From the NCBI GenBank assembly GCA_963712745.1, contig CAVQJC010000001.1, positions 256,001 through 320,000 of the forward strand: a stretch of 64,000 nt of DNA, in the 5' to 3' direction. Below, in pieces: positions 1 through 9,965 of the stretch. This DNA comes from an uncultured Chloroflexia bacterium. GTDB lineage: Bacteria; Chloroflexota; Limnocylindria; Limnocylindrales; CSP1-4. How positions within the stretch are numbered: the stretch's first letter is position 1; each line of letters opens with the position of its first letter. The notes beneath the pieces are model-generated. The model was given only the letters and a program-made list of their open reading frames with translations. It searched no databases and had not been told where the DNA came from. A program made the position numbers and the translations under genes.

Positions 1-769
1 AGACCATGGTCATGACGTTGACCGCGGTGCCCAGGTCGTGCGGGATCTTCTGGTTGTCGCGGTAGTCGCGAGCGCGCTTGCCGAACCAGCTGGCGAAGAC
101 GGCCTTGATGGCCAGGTCGAGTTGCTGGTAGGGATCCTGCGGGAAGGGCGCGCCGGTCTCGTCGAGCACGATGGCCTTGAGATCCTGGACGACGGCCTTC
201 ATGCCCTCGGCATCGACGTCTGTGTCCTGCTTGGCTCCGACGCGCTCCTTGACGGCATCGAGGGCTTCATCCATGCGCTCGCCGCTCACGCCGAGCACGA
301 TGCGGCCGAAGAGCTGGATGAAGCGACGGTAGGCATCCCAGCCGAAGCGCTCGTTAGCGGTGAGCTTGATGAGGCCCTGGAGGGTCTCCTCGTTGAGGCC
401 GAGGTTGAGGACGGTGTCCATCATGCCCGGCATGGAGAACTTGGCCCCGGAGCGGACGCTGACCAGCAGCGGGTTCTCGACGTCGCCGAAGCCCTTGCCC
501 GTCTCTGCCTCGATCTGGGCCACGGCTGCCGTGACGTCCTCCCACAGACCCGCAGGCAGCGTCTCACCGGCCGCGAAGTAGTCGTTGCAGGCCTCGGTGG
601 TGATGGTGAAGCCGGGCGGCACAGGCAGGCCCGCCTTGGTCATCTCGGCAAGACCGGCGCCCTTGCCACCGAGCAGGTCGCGCATGGTGCCGTCACCCTC
701 GGCCTCGCCGGCGCCGAAGGTGTAGACGTATCGCTTGTCAGCGACTTGGGGACGGATCGAAGCAGACAT
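1..769 (-). CDS. ppdK: pyruvate phosphate dikinase (5' part; runs off the window edge)
   Basis: Hand translation from ATG at 769: MSASIRPQVADKRYVYTFGAGEAEGDGTMRDLLGGKGAGLAEMTKAGLPVPPGFTITTEAC...LLVSVRSGAKFSMPGMMDTVLNLGLN, the PPDK N-terminal signature; not in the ORF track because it is truncated. Confidence 0.95.
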   Translation of the reverse strand, partial: MSASIRPQVADKRYVYTFGAGEAEGDGTMRDLLGGKGAGLAEMTKAGLPVPPGFTITTEACNDYFAAGETLPAGLWEDVTAAVAQIEAETGKGFGDVENPLLVSVRSGAKFSMPGMMDTVLNLGLNEETLQGLIKLTANERFGWDAYRRFIQLFGRIVLGVSGERMDEALDAVKERVGAKQDTDVDAEGMKAVVQDLKAIVLDETGAPFPQDPYQQLDLAIKAVFASWFGKRARDYRDNQKIPHDLGTAVNVMTMV

Positions 770-962
770 GTACAGGGTGACCTCAGGGTGTGGGCTGGCG
801 GGCATGGGCTGCCGCAGCGTCGGTATCTGGACAACCCGAATGATACGGCACTCCAGCAGGTGGGCTACTGCCATCCGGCCCCCCGTGAGCCAGTCCCTGT
901 GGCCGACTCCCAGGGTCCGCTCGGGATACACTGCCGGCTCCCCTGCCCCGCCGGAGAGACCG

Positions 963-1646
963 ATGACCGACCGACAAGCGACCGACACACGTGCGACCGA
1001 ACTCGAAGACCTGCAGCAGGCCGCGGAGGAGACCTGGGTGCGTGAGTTCCTGGCCGGGCCGACGCGCACAAGGCTGACCGAACTGCCGCCACAGGACGGC
1101 GACCCTGCGCCGGACCTGGAGTTGCCCGACGCGAGCGGGAGGCCACGCCGCCTGTCGGAGTTCTGGGCGGAGGGTCCGCTGCACCTGGTCTTCATGCGCC
1201 AGTTCGGCTGCGGCTGCCTGGCCGACCGCTGGGAGCAGCTGGAGCCGGCGCAGGCCCGCATCGCCCAGGCCGGAGCCACGCTGGTGGCCGTGTGCCAGGC
1301 CGATCCGGCCCGCGCCGCGGCCGTGGCCGAGCGACGTGGGTACCGTTTCCCGCTGCTATGCGACCCGCAGCTCAGGGCCTACCGGGCATACGGACTGCCC
1401 GAGGGCGTGCCGGCCACCATCACCCAGGATTTCCCCTGGCGGCCGGGCGACACCGAGACGGCCGAGCAGTGGACGGCCTCGAGGCGGGGCACCGAACGCG
1501 CGCTCGTCGACCACATGTGGCAGCTGCCCGGCGAGTTCGTGGTGGCCGCCGGCGGCCGCATCATCCTTGCTCACCGGGCCCAATACTGCGAGGACTTCCC
1601 CCTCACCGAGGTCATCTTGGGGGCGATCGCCGCCGCTCACGCGTAG
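963..1646 (+). CDS. AhpC/TSA-like (peroxiredoxin-like) thioredoxin-fold protein
   Basis: GDPAPDLELPDASG...LVFMRQFGCGC...FPLLCDP..AYRAYGL...QLPGEFVV; GGAG upstream of ATG 963 (start trimmed from ORF 735). Confidence 0.75.
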   Translation: MTDRQATDTRATELEDLQQAAEETWVREFLAGPTRTRLTELPPQDGDPAPDLELPDASGRPRRLSEFWAEGPLHLVFMRQFGCGCLADRWEQLEPAQARIAQAGATLVAVCQADPARAAAVAERRGYRFPLLCDPQLRAYRAYGLPEGVPATITQDFPWRPGDTETAEQWTASRRGTERALVDHMWQLPGEFVVAAGGRIILAHRAQYCEDFPLTEVILGAIAAAHA

Positions 1647-1696
1647 GCGGGCGGGTCTCGGGCAGCCCGGCCGGGACCACTCGGTCGTTTGGGCCG

Positions 1697-1702
1697 TACA
1701 CT
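1697..1702 (+). promoter_or_regulatory. -10 element of a probable leaderless fpr transcript
   Basis: TACACT 7 nt before ATG 1710, no SD. Confidence 0.5.
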
Positions 1703-1709
1703 CAGGGTC

Positions 1710-2510
1710 ATGACCGACTCTAGCCAAGACACGCGCAGCATCATCCCCGAGGCGGAGAAGTACAACGCCACCCTGGTGAAGCGCGAGGACGACACCGACT
1801 CGCTGGGCCGGTTCTGGGTCCGCCCTCACGGGGAGATGACCGACTTCGAGCCCGGCCAGTACATGACCATCGGCGTCTACGCCGACGACAAGCTCTACCA
1901 GCGACCGTACTCGGTGGCCTCGTCGCCGCAGGCCACCGGCGAGGACGGCTACGAGTTCTACGTGCGGCTCGTGCCCATCCTGCGCTTCACGACCCTGTTG
2001 TGGCGGCTGCCGGTGGGCCACCAGATGCGCATGATCGGGCCCAAGGGCCGGTTCATGCTCGAGCCCGATGACGATCGCGTGCACCTGTTCGTCTCCACCG
2101 GTACCGGCATCGCACCGTTCATCGCCATGACCCGGCAGTTGCTCCACGACCGCAAGCCGCGCAAGACGGTGATGCTCCACGGCTGCAGCTACCAGGACGA
2201 GCTGGGGTACCGCGGTCAGCTCGAGTCCTGGCAGCGTGACGGCACCTACCCCATGACCTACGTGCCCACCGTCTCGCGCCCGGACGACCCGCGCAACACG
2301 GGCTGGACCGGTTACACCGGTCGGGCAGAGGCCATCGTGCGCGACGTCTGCCAGAACGAGGGCCTCCAGCCCGACGACACGGTGGTCTACCTCTGTGGCA
2401 ACCCGGAGATGATCATCAACGTCGAGTCGGAGCTGCTGAGCCTCGACTACCCCGAGTTCCACGTCAAGAAGGAGCTCTACTGGCCCAAGGGCAAGAAGCC
2501 GACCGCCTGA
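1710..2510 (+). CDS. fpr: ferredoxin--NADP+ reductase (FNR family)
   Basis: FEPGQY, RPYSVAS, GPKGRF, STGTGIAPF, VYLCGNPEMI and ELYW motifs. Confidence 0.85.
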   Translation: MTDSSQDTRSIIPEAEKYNATLVKREDDTDSLGRFWVRPHGEMTDFEPGQYMTIGVYADDKLYQRPYSVASSPQATGEDGYEFYVRLVPILRFTTLLWRLPVGHQMRMIGPKGRFMLEPDDDRVHLFVSTGTGIAPFIAMTRQLLHDRKPRKTVMLHGCSYQDELGYRGQLESWQRDGTYPMTYVPTVSRPDDPRNTGWTGYTGRAEAIVRDVCQNEGLQPDDTVVYLCGNPEMIINVESELLSLDYPEFHVKKELYWPKGKKPTA

Positions 2511-2584
2511 GACATCGGCCGCGCGCGGCGGGAAGCCGACCGCCTGAGACATCGGCCGCGCGCGGCGGGAAGCCGACCGCCTGA
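2495..2584. repeat. 37-bp tandem direct repeat, about 2.4 copies, overlapping the fpr stop
   Basis: gaagccgaccgcctgagacatcggccgcgcgcggcgg at 2495 and 2532, partial copy at 2569. Confidence 0.95.
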
Positions 2585-2768
2585 CCGTCTTTCGGGGTCG
2601 GCCCGGCGCTGCCCAGGCTGCGCCGTTCAGCGTGAAGCGCCATCATGGGCCTGGCCACCGCTGGGTGACCAACGGCCCGCAAAGAATGGTGCGCTGGTTA
2701 GTACACATTCGCCGGGTGCGGTGTCATGCTGTGGCTGGGAACCGGGAATCGCAGTCTGAAGGGGTCGA

Positions 2769-3629
2769 ATGCACCCAGTCGTGAAGCGGGAGATACTCTC
2801 CCCCAACGTCACTCGGCTCGAGATCGAAGCCAGTCGCATCGCAGAGGTCCGCCAGCCGGGACAGTTCGTCATCGTGCGCATCGGAGATGGCGCCGAGCGG
2901 GTGCCGCTGACCATCGCTGACGCCGACCCCGAGGCCGGCACCATCACGCTCACCATCCAGGCCGTGGGCAAGACCAGCTGCGACCTGTGCCTGCTGCAGG
3001 TGGGCGACGCCATCCAGGATGTGGCCGGCCCGCTGGGCGAGGCCACCGAGCTCATCGACTCCGGCCATGCCGTGTGCGTCGGCGGCGGCGTCGGCACCGC
3101 GGTCGTGCACCCCATGGCCCAGGGCCTGGCGGCCAACGGCGTCAAGGTCACCAGCATCATCGGCGGCCGCGCCCGGGAATGGGTCATCTTCGAGGACGAA
3201 CTGCGCCGCTACGGCGACGTCCGCGTGTGCACCGACGACGGCTCCTACGGCCGCCACGGCTTCGTCACCGAAGAGCTGCACGACATGCTCGCCGAGGGCG
3301 GGGTCGATCACGTCTACGCAGTGGGCCCGGTGCCCATGATGGGTGCCGTGGCGAAGGTGACCAAGGAGTTCGACATTCCCACCACGGTGTCGCTCAACAC
3401 CATCATGGTCGACGGCACGGGCATGTGCGGTGGCTGCCGCGTCAACGTCGGCGGCAAGACCGTCTATGCCTGCGTGGACGGCCCGGAGTTCGATGCTCAG
3501 AGCGTCGACTTCAAGCAGCTGGCCGACCGGCTGTCGATGTACCGCGAGACCGAGAAACAGGCCTTCGAGGTCTCGCGTTGCATGATCACTACCCTGGCCG
3601 AGGCCGCCGGCGGAGACACCCCCCGGTGA
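2769..3629 (+). CDS. nfnA: NfnA/SudB-like FAD/[2Fe-2S] subunit of electron-bifurcating transhydrogenase
   Basis: PGQFVIVR, ERVPLTIAD, GGGVGTA, MVDGTGMCGGCRV...ACVDGPEFD. Confidence 0.85.
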   Translation: MHPVVKREILSPNVTRLEIEASRIAEVRQPGQFVIVRIGDGAERVPLTIADADPEAGTITLTIQAVGKTSCDLCLLQVGDAIQDVAGPLGEATELIDSGHAVCVGGGVGTAVVHPMAQGLAANGVKVTSIIGGRAREWVIFEDELRRYGDVRVCTDDGSYGRHGFVTEELHDMLAEGGVDHVYAVGPVPMMGAVAKVTKEFDIPTTVSLNTIMVDGTGMCGGCRVNVGGKTVYACVDGPEFDAQSVDFKQLADRLSMYRETEKQAFEVSRCMITTLAEAAGGDTPR

Positions 3630-5113
3630 GCGAGCGTCCCGACCTCTCCCCCAAGGAGCGGATGCAGATCGAGCGGCACGAGGTTCCCGCCCGCTCGGCG
3701 GTCATCCGCGCGATGGACTTCAACGAGGTCAGCCTGGGCTACTCCCAGGTGCTGGCCATGGAAGAGGCCGAACGCTGTCTCGACTGCAGGAACCCGCGCT
3801 GCATCGACGGCTGTCCGGTGCGCGTCAACATCCCCCAGTTCATCGAGCGACTGGCCGGCGGCGACCTCCACGGCGCAGCCGAGTCATTGCTCGACGACAA
3901 CGCCCTGCCCTGCGTCACCGGGCGCGTCTGCCCGCAGGAGACGCAGTGCGAGGGCCTGTGCATCCGGGCCAAGAAGGGCGAGCCCGTGGCGGTCGGGGCG
4001 CTGGAGCGGTTCGTGGCCGACTGGGCCCAGGACCACCTCGACGAGCTCAAGACCAACGTCAGCCCCGACACCGGCAAGCGGGTGGCCATCGTGGGCTCCG
4101 GGCCGGCCGGCCTGACCGCTGCCGGGGAATTGGCTAGGTCCGGACACAAGGTGACCGTCTTCGAGGCCTTCCACGCTCCCGGTGGCGTGCTCATCTACGG
4201 CATCCCCGAATTCCGCCTGCCCAAGGACGTGGTGCAGAAGGAGGTCGACCGGCTCAAGGACCTGGGTGTGACCATCGAGGTCAACGCCATCGTGGGCAAG
4301 ACCTGGACCCTGCGCGAGCTGCGCCAGAACTTCGACGCCGTCTTCATCGCGGTCGGCGCGGGGCTGCCGGTCTTCATGGGCATCGATGGCGAGGACCTCA
4401 AGGGCGTGTACTCGGCCAACGAGTACCTCACTCGCGTCAACCTCATGGGCGCCTTCCGCAAGGACACCGACACACCGGTCCTGCACGGCCAGAAGGTCGT
4501 GGTCGTGGGTGGCGGCAACGTGGCCATGGACGCGGTTCGCACCGCGCGGCGCATGGGCGCCACGCAGGCCACGATCGCCTACCGCCGCGGCAAGGACGAG
4601 CTGCCCGCTCGGGCAGAGGAGGTCCACCACGCCGAGGAAGAGGGCGTGAAGTTCGAGCTCATGGCCTCACCCGTGCGCATCATCGGCAACGACGATGGCT
4701 GGGTCACCGGCATCGAGTGCCAGATGATGGAGCTGGGCGAGCCCGACGGTTCAGGGCGTCGCCGGCCGGCTCCGATCCCCGACTCCGAGTACGTCATCGA
4801 TTGCGACATGGTCGTGGTCGCCATCGGCACCCGCAGCAACCCCATGCTGACCTCGTCGGAGCCGGACCTCAAGATCAACGAGTGGGGCTATCTGGTGGTG
4901 GACGAGGACGGCATGACCTCGGTGCCGGGCATCTTCGCGGGTGGCGACATCGTCCGCGGCGCGGCCACGGTCATCCTGGCCATGGGCGACGGCAAGCGCG
5001 CCGCCCGTGCCATCGAGAAGTACCTGGGCACCGTGCAGGAGCTACTGCCCAAGGCCGTCGGGGAAGCGGCCGCGGCAGGCGCCGCAGACGGAGGCACTGC
5101 CGCCGGCGTGTAG
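3626..5113 (+). CDS. nfnB: NfnB/SudA (GltD-like NADPH flavo-FeS subunit)
   Basis: EAERCLDC...C..GCP, GRVCPQETQCEGLC, GSGPAGL, GGGNVAMD, GGDIVRGAATVILAMGDG; GTG 3626 overlaps the nfnA TGA. Confidence 0.85.
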   Translation: MSERPDLSPKERMQIERHEVPARSAVIRAMDFNEVSLGYSQVLAMEEAERCLDCRNPRCIDGCPVRVNIPQFIERLAGGDLHGAAESLLDDNALPCVTGRVCPQETQCEGLCIRAKKGEPVAVGALERFVADWAQDHLDELKTNVSPDTGKRVAIVGSGPAGLTAAGELARSGHKVTVFEAFHAPGGVLIYGIPEFRLPKDVVQKEVDRLKDLGVTIEVNAIVGKTWTLRELRQNFDAVFIAVGAGLPVFMGIDGEDLKGVYSANEYLTRVNLMGAFRKDTDTPVLHGQKVVVVGGGNVAMDAVRTARRMGATQATIAYRRGKDELPARAEEVHHAEEEGVKFELMASPVRIIGNDDGWVTGIECQMMELGEPDGSGRRRPAPIPDSEYVIDCDMVVVAIGTRSNPMLTSSEPDLKINEWGYLVVDEDGMTSVPGIFAGGDIVRGAATVILAMGDGKRAARAIEKYLGTVQELLPKAVGEAAAAGAADGGTAAGV

Positions 5114-5134
5114 CTCCCCTGCGTCGGAGCCTGG

Positions 5135-6559
5135 CTAGGCTTCGCGGGCCTCGGCCATGCGGTCGAGGATGAGGCGCTTGACGTTCTCGACCGGCACGCG
5201 CTCCTGGCTCATCGAGTCGCGATCGCGCACCGTCACGGCGCCGTCCTCCAGCGAGTCGACATCGACCGTCACGCACCAGGGCGTGCCGATCTCATCCTGC
5301 CGGCGGTAGAGCTTGCCGATGGCGGCCGTGTCGTCGTAGACGGCCATGATGTCCTTCTGCAGGTCTGACTTGATCTTGTGGCAGAGCTCGACGATCTCCG
5401 GGCGCTTCTTGAGCAGCGGCAGCACCGCCACCTTGTAGGGCGCGATGTCCGGGTGCAGCCGGAGCACCACCCGCGACCCCTTCTCCAGCTGCTCCTCGTG
5501 GTACGAGTCGATGAAGAACGTGAACGCGGCGCGATCGGCGCCAGCGGCCGCCTCCACCACCCAGGGGATGAAGTGCTCCTCCGCCTTGGGGTCGAAGTAC
5601 TCGAGGTTCTCACCGCTGGCACGCGCATGCGAGCCGAGGTCGAAGTCGCCGCGGTTATGCACGCCCTCGAGCTCCTTCCAACCGAAGGGGAAGCGATACT
5701 CGACGTCGATGGCCTTCTTGGCGTAGTGGGCCAGCTCGTCGCTGGCGTGCTCACGGAAGCGCAGCCGCGCGGGCGTGACGCCGTAGCGCTCGTACCAGGC
5801 CTTGCGCTTGGGCAGCCACTCCTCGAAGGCCTCCGAGGCAGCCTCGCCGGGGCGCACGAAGTACTGCATCTCCATCTGCTCGAACTCGCGCATGCGGAAG
5901 ACGAAGTTGCCGGGGCTGATCTCGTTGCGGAACGACTTGCCGATCTGGGCGATGCCGAAGGGCACCTTCTTGCGGCTGGAGACCTGCACGTTCTTGAAGT
6001 TCACGTACGAGCCCTGGGCGGTCTCGGGGCGCAGGTAGACGATGGCGCCCTCGTCCTCGACCGGGCCCATGTGCGTCTTGAACATGAGGTTGAAGCGCCG
6101 CGGTGGCGAGAGCGGCCCCTCCTCGACCGGACAGACGAGGCCCAGCTTCTCGACGATGGCCTCATCCTGAAGCTCGGTAGCGGAGAGGCCCTCGGCTCCG
6201 GGCAACTCGTCGAGCCTGAACCGCCGGTGGCAGGTGTCGCACTCGACGAGGGGGTCGCTGAACGAGCCCACGTGGCCGGAGGTGACCCATACCTCGGGGT
6301 GCATGAGGATGCCCGCGTCCAGGCCTACGATGTCGTCGCGCTCCTGGACCATCGAGCGCCACCACGCTCGCTTGACGTTGTTCTTGAGCTCGACGCCGAG
6401 AGGGCCGTAGTCCCAGACGGCGTTGATGCCGCCGTAGATCTCCGACGAGGGATAGACGAAGCCGCGCCGCTTGGCCAGCGAGACGATGGTCTCGAGCTTC
6501 TCGACGGAGGGACCCGGATCGGCGGCGTCGGGCGCGGTGGTAGAAGGCTGGACGGTCAC
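5135..6559 (-). CDS. glyQS: glycine--tRNA ligase, homodimeric (GRS1/glyQS type)
   Basis: [46 protein letters not shown]; GTG 6559 with upstream GGAG. Confidence 0.93.
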   Translation of the reverse strand: MTVQPSTTAPDAADPGPSVEKLETIVSLAKRRGFVYPSSEIYGGINAVWDYGPLGVELKNNVKRAWWRSMVQERDDIVGLDAGILMHPEVWVTSGHVGSFSDPLVECDTCHRRFRLDELPGAEGLSATELQDEAIVEKLGLVCPVEEGPLSPPRRFNLMFKTHMGPVEDEGAIVYLRPETAQGSYVNFKNVQVSSRKKVPFGIAQIGKSFRNEISPGNFVFRMREFEQMEMQYFVRPGEAASEAFEEWLPKRKAWYERYGVTPARLRFREHASDELAHYAKKAIDVEYRFPFGWKELEGVHNRGDFDLGSHARASGENLEYFDPKAEEHFIPWVVEAAAGADRAAFTFFIDSYHEEQLEKGSRVVLRLHPDIAPYKVAVLPLLKKRPEIVELCHKIKSDLQKDIMAVYDDTAAIGKLYRRQDEIGTPWCVTVDVDSLEDGAVTVRDRDSMSQERVPVENVKRLILDRMAEAREA

Positions 6560-6634
6560 GTGTGGAGTCTCCCTGGGCGAGGCGCCGGCCGTGGCAGGGC
6601 CGGTCGTAGTGGGCAGATTGTGGCACCGATGACC

Positions 6635-6661
6635 CAAGTGGGTGCCGCCGGCACCCACTTG
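6635..6661. other. perfect 12-bp inverted repeat (hairpin) between recO and glyQS
   Basis: caagtgggtgcc-gcc-ggcacccacttg; no U-tract. Confidence 0.7.
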
Positions 6662-6699
6662 AGTGCCGTCCGCGCCACGCCGCGAAGGACGTGCGGGCC

Positions 6700-7467
6700 T
6701 CATCCGGGCGAGCGGCGGACCTCGTCCACGAACGAGAGCGACCGGGCCTCGCGCTCGAGGATGAATTGGGTGTAGCGGCGCATCACCGACTCCACCTCCG
6801 TTTCGACGGCCTGCGGCACCCGCAGGGCCGCCAGGGCCTCGACGTCGAAGCGCCGGTAGGCCCTGAGCAGCTTCAGCGCCGCCAGCGAGAGGCGCACCGA
6901 CTCGGCCGGCGGTGAGGGATGATCCGGGCACAGCACCCCGCCGAGCGCCGGCACCCAGCGGAACATGTCGGTCTCCTCGAGCACTCGGTGGCACTCCACG
7001 CAACGCTCGAGCTCTGGGCGTACGCCCAGAGCGTCGGCCAGTCCGGACTCGAACCAGCGCGCCACGCGCGCGGGGTCCATGCCGTCGTCGAGCAGCTGGC
7101 AGGCACGCCGCAATAGCCCGTAGACCGGGTGGGCACCGCCACGTTCCTCGACCGCCCGGTCGGCCAGCTCTCCGAGGTACCAGGCCACCGCGGTCGACTC
7201 CAGACGGTCGCGCAGGCGCAGCCAGGCGTGGGCCACGCTGACCTGCGTGATGACGTCGAGGTTGCGACCCCGGGCCAGCGCCACCTCCAGTTCGGCGAAC
7301 GGCTCCACGCTCCCGCCGATGCGACTCCTGGGCCGGCGGACGCCCTTGGCCACGGCGCGGATCTTGCCGTCCTCGGGCGTGAGCAGCGTGATGATGCGAT
7401 CGGCCTCGCCCAGGTCGAAGTGAGCGAGGACGATGGCACGCGTCTTGTAGGTCCGGGGTCGGGGCAC
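6700..7467 (-). CDS. recO: DNA repair protein RecO
   Basis: AIVL...[23 protein letters not shown], CxxC zinc region; GTG 7467. Confidence 0.92.
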   Translation of the reverse strand: MPRPRTYKTRAIVLAHFDLGEADRIITLLTPEDGKIRAVAKGVRRPRSRIGGSVEPFAELEVALARGRNLDVITQVSVAHAWLRLRDRLESTAVAWYLGELADRAVEERGGAHPVYGLLRRACQLLDDGMDPARVARWFESGLADALGVRPELERCVECHRVLEETDMFRWVPALGGVLCPDHPSPPAESVRLSLAALKLLRAYRRFDVEALAALRVPQAVETEVESVMRRYTQFILEREARSLSFVDEVRRSPG

Positions 7468-7549
7468 GCCGCCGAGCGTATCTCGTGACGGGCTCCGCTG
7501 TCGCCTTATCGTCATCGGACAATGTGCTACAAGCGAGTATCATTTCCCG

Positions 7550-8572
7550 GTGCTCGCATCCATCGACCTCGACCGACTGATCGCCGACACCGAGCAGGAG
7601 ATGCTCGGTGTGATCGAGCGCGCGGAGGACGAGCGCACGCGAGAGTTGTACGCGATGGTCCGATACCACATGGGCCTCGACAGCGACGCGCCGCGTGGCA
7701 AGCGCATGCGCCCGCTCATCGGCCTGCTGGCCTACCAGTCCATCGCCGGGGACCATGCCAAGGCCCTGCCAGGAGCGGCGGCGGTGGAGATGGGCCACAA
7801 CTTCAGCCTGGTCCACGACGACATCGAGGACAACGGCGCCGAACGCCGTCATCGGCCTGCGCTTTGGACCGTGTGGGGTGTGCCCCAGGCCATCAACACC
7901 GGCGACACCCTCTTCACGCTTAGCCGCCTGGCCCTCTACCGCCTGCAGGAGGAGGGCTTCGACGACGCCCGCGTCCTGCGCCTCATGCGCCTGTACGACG
8001 AGACCTGCCTGGCGCTTTGTGAGGGGCAGTTCATGGACATCTGGATGTCCGAGCACGACGAGTGGATCTCGGTCGACTACTACTTCGACATGATCGGCCG
8101 CAAGACCGCCTCACTCATCGCCGGTTCGGCCGAGGCAGGTGCGGTGCTGGCTACCGACGACGAGGCGACCATCGGCGCGTATCGGCGTTTCGGCTGGGCA
8201 CTGGGGCTGGCCTTCCAGCTCAACGACGACTTGCTGGGCATCTGGGGCGACAAGGCCACGACCGGCAAGGAGACGTCGGACGTCGCCACCCGCAAGAAGA
8301 CGCTGCCCCTGATCTACGCCCTGGCCGAAGCCACCGGCCGCGATGGCGAGCGGCTGAGGTCGGTGCTGGCCCAGTCGGAGGCTGAGCCGTCTGCAGCCGA
8401 GGTCGACGAGGTGCTGGGCATCCTCGGGCGCGTCGGGGCGGAGGAATACACTCGCGCACGCGCCCGCAGCCACCGTGACCAGGCCCTCGCCGAACTGGCC
8501 TCGGTGGGCCTGGTGGACGCGGCCTCGATGGAGCGTCTCAGCGAGGTCGTCCGCGCCGCCATCAGCGCCTAG
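7550..8572 (+). CDS. polyprenyl diphosphate synthase (type I GGPP synthase-like)
   Basis: [18 protein letters not shown] (Phe at -5 of the first DDxxD), [17 protein letters not shown]. Confidence 0.9.
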   Translation: MLASIDLDRLIADTEQEMLGVIERAEDERTRELYAMVRYHMGLDSDAPRGKRMRPLIGLLAYQSIAGDHAKALPGAAAVEMGHNFSLVHDDIEDNGAERRHRPALWTVWGVPQAINTGDTLFTLSRLALYRLQEEGFDDARVLRLMRLYDETCLALCEGQFMDIWMSEHDEWISVDYYFDMIGRKTASLIAGSAEAGAVLATDDEATIGAYRRFGWALGLAFQLNDDLLGIWGDKATTGKETSDVATRKKTLPLIYALAEATGRDGERLRSVLAQSEAEPSAAEVDEVLGILGRVGAEEYTRARARSHRDQALAELASVGLVDAASMERLSEVVRAAISA

Positions 8573-8628
8573 CCTCGCGACGTCGAGCCAGCGGCCATGG
8601 CCGCTGGCGGATCCGTGGCCGAACCGGA

Positions 8629-9960
8629 CTAGCCTTCGGTCTCCCTGGCCTTGTCCGGCGGGGGCGGAGTGTGCACCACGTGGACGGTGCGCACGCGACG
8701 GCCGTCGGTGGCTTCCACCGTGAGCGTGAGTCCGTCGACCTCGACCGTGTCGCCCACGCTGGGCACGCCCCCGATGTAGTGGTACACGAGGCCGCCGAGC
8801 GTGTCGAACTCCTCCTGGTCATCGCCGCCGAGCGAGGTGCCGAAGTGCTCGAGCACGTCGTCCACGTCGGCCCGGCCGTCGATGCGCGCCTCGAGCTCGC
8901 CGAGCGGCACGATCAGTGGCTCCTCTTCGTCGTACTCGTCCTGGATCTCGCCCACGATCTCCTCGAGCAGGTCCTCGATGGTCACCAGGCCGGCCGTACC
9001 GCCATGCTCGTCGAGCACCACGGCCATGTGGACCCGGCGCCGCTGCAGGCTGCGCAACAGGTCGTCGACGAGCATCGACTCGGGCACGAACAGGGGCGTG
9101 CGCAGAAGGCGACGGATCGACGGTGGGCGGTCCTCGCCGACCAGGTATGGCAGCAGGTCCTTGGCATAGAACATGCCGATGATGTTGTCGATGTTCTCCT
9201 CGTAGACCGGGATGCGCGAGTGGCCCTCGCCCACGATGGTCGATACGATGTCGTCGAGCGAGGCGTCGACGTCGAGCGCGACCATGTCCACGCGCGCGAC
9301 CATGACCTCGTGCGCACGCTGCTCCCCGAGTTCGAGGACGGCGCCGATCATCTGCTCCTCCTCCGCCTCGATGGTGCCCTGCTCGGTGCCGCGCTCGAGG
9401 AGGATGCGCAGCTCCTCGCTGGTGATGGCCTCGTCGCTCACATCGCGCACGCCGAGCATGCGCGTCACCAGGTGCGTGACGGTCGTGAGGAACCAGACCA
9501 CGGGCGTGAGGATCCGGCCAAGCGCGTCGACCGGGCGGGCCAGGGCCAGGGCGTAGCGCTCGGCGTGGGCCAGGGCCAACGTCTTGGGCACGAGTTCACC
9601 GAAGACGATGGTCACGAGGCTGACGACGAGGGTGACGATGAGCAGAGCCAGTACGTCGGCCGAGGTCGCCAACGGCCCGATGTCACGAAGCGACTCGGCC
9701 AGGGCGCCGGCGATGCTGGCGCCGGCAAAGGCGGCGGCCAGAAAGCCGATGAAGGTGATGCCCAGCTGGATGGTGGCCAGCAGGCCGCCGGGCTTCTCCT
9801 TCATGCGAGCCACCCGCTGGGCACGCTTGTCGCCCTCGTCGCTGAGCTGCCGGATGCGGCTGCGGCGCACGGTCACGAGGGCGATCTCGGCAGCCACGAA
9901 GACACCGTTGACCGCGATGAGCAAGGCGATGACCACGATCTCGAGGAGGGAGCTGCCCAT
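8629..9960 (-). CDS. hemolysin-family/CNNM (DUF21-CBS-CorC) membrane protein
   Basis: FVAAEIALV, GELVPKTLA, HSRIPVY, DEHGGTAGLVTIEDLLEEIVGEIQDEYD. Confidence 0.9.
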   Translation of the reverse strand: MGSSLLEIVVIALLIAVNGVFVAAEIALVTVRRSRIRQLSDEGDKRAQRVARMKEKPGGLLATIQLGITFIGFLAAAFAGASIAGALAESLRDIGPLATSADVLALLIVTLVVSLVTIVFGELVPKTLALAHAERYALALARPVDALGRILTPVVWFLTTVTHLVTRMLGVRDVSDEAITSEELRILLERGTEQGTIEAEEEQMIGAVLELGEQRAHEVMVARVDMVALDVDASLDDIVSTIVGEGHSRIPVYEENIDNIIGMFYAKDLLPYLVGEDRPPSIRRLLRTPLFVPESMLVDDLLRSLQRRRVHMAVVLDEHGGTAGLVTIEDLLEEIVGEIQDEYDEEEPLIVPLGELEARIDGRADVDDVLEHFGTSLGGDDQEEFDTLGGLVYHYIGGVPSVGDTVEVDGLTLTVEATDGRRVRTVHVVHTPPPPDKARETEG

Positions 9961-9965
9961 CAGCC

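Noticed and set aside
963-1646. Selenocysteine recoding in the Prx-like gene
   Set aside because: No in-frame TGA; both active-site codons are TGC
2495-2584. Possible mini-CRISPR array (37-bp period)
   Set aside because: Units are contiguous and identical with no unique spacers, and there are no cas genes
2987-3625. N-terminal extension of nfnB
   Set aside because: Out-of-frame overlap with nfnA; GTG 3626 coupled to the nfnA stop is the plausible start
6560-6699. T-box riboswitch upstream of glyQS
   Set aside because: No GGTGGNACC T-box motif and the spacer is short (~140 nt)
5135-8056. 973-aa ORF suggesting a giant GlyRS fusion
   Set aside because: The upstream part overlaps recO and the synthase in non-coding frames and reads as R/G/P-rich junk; the real start is GTG 6559 with an SD
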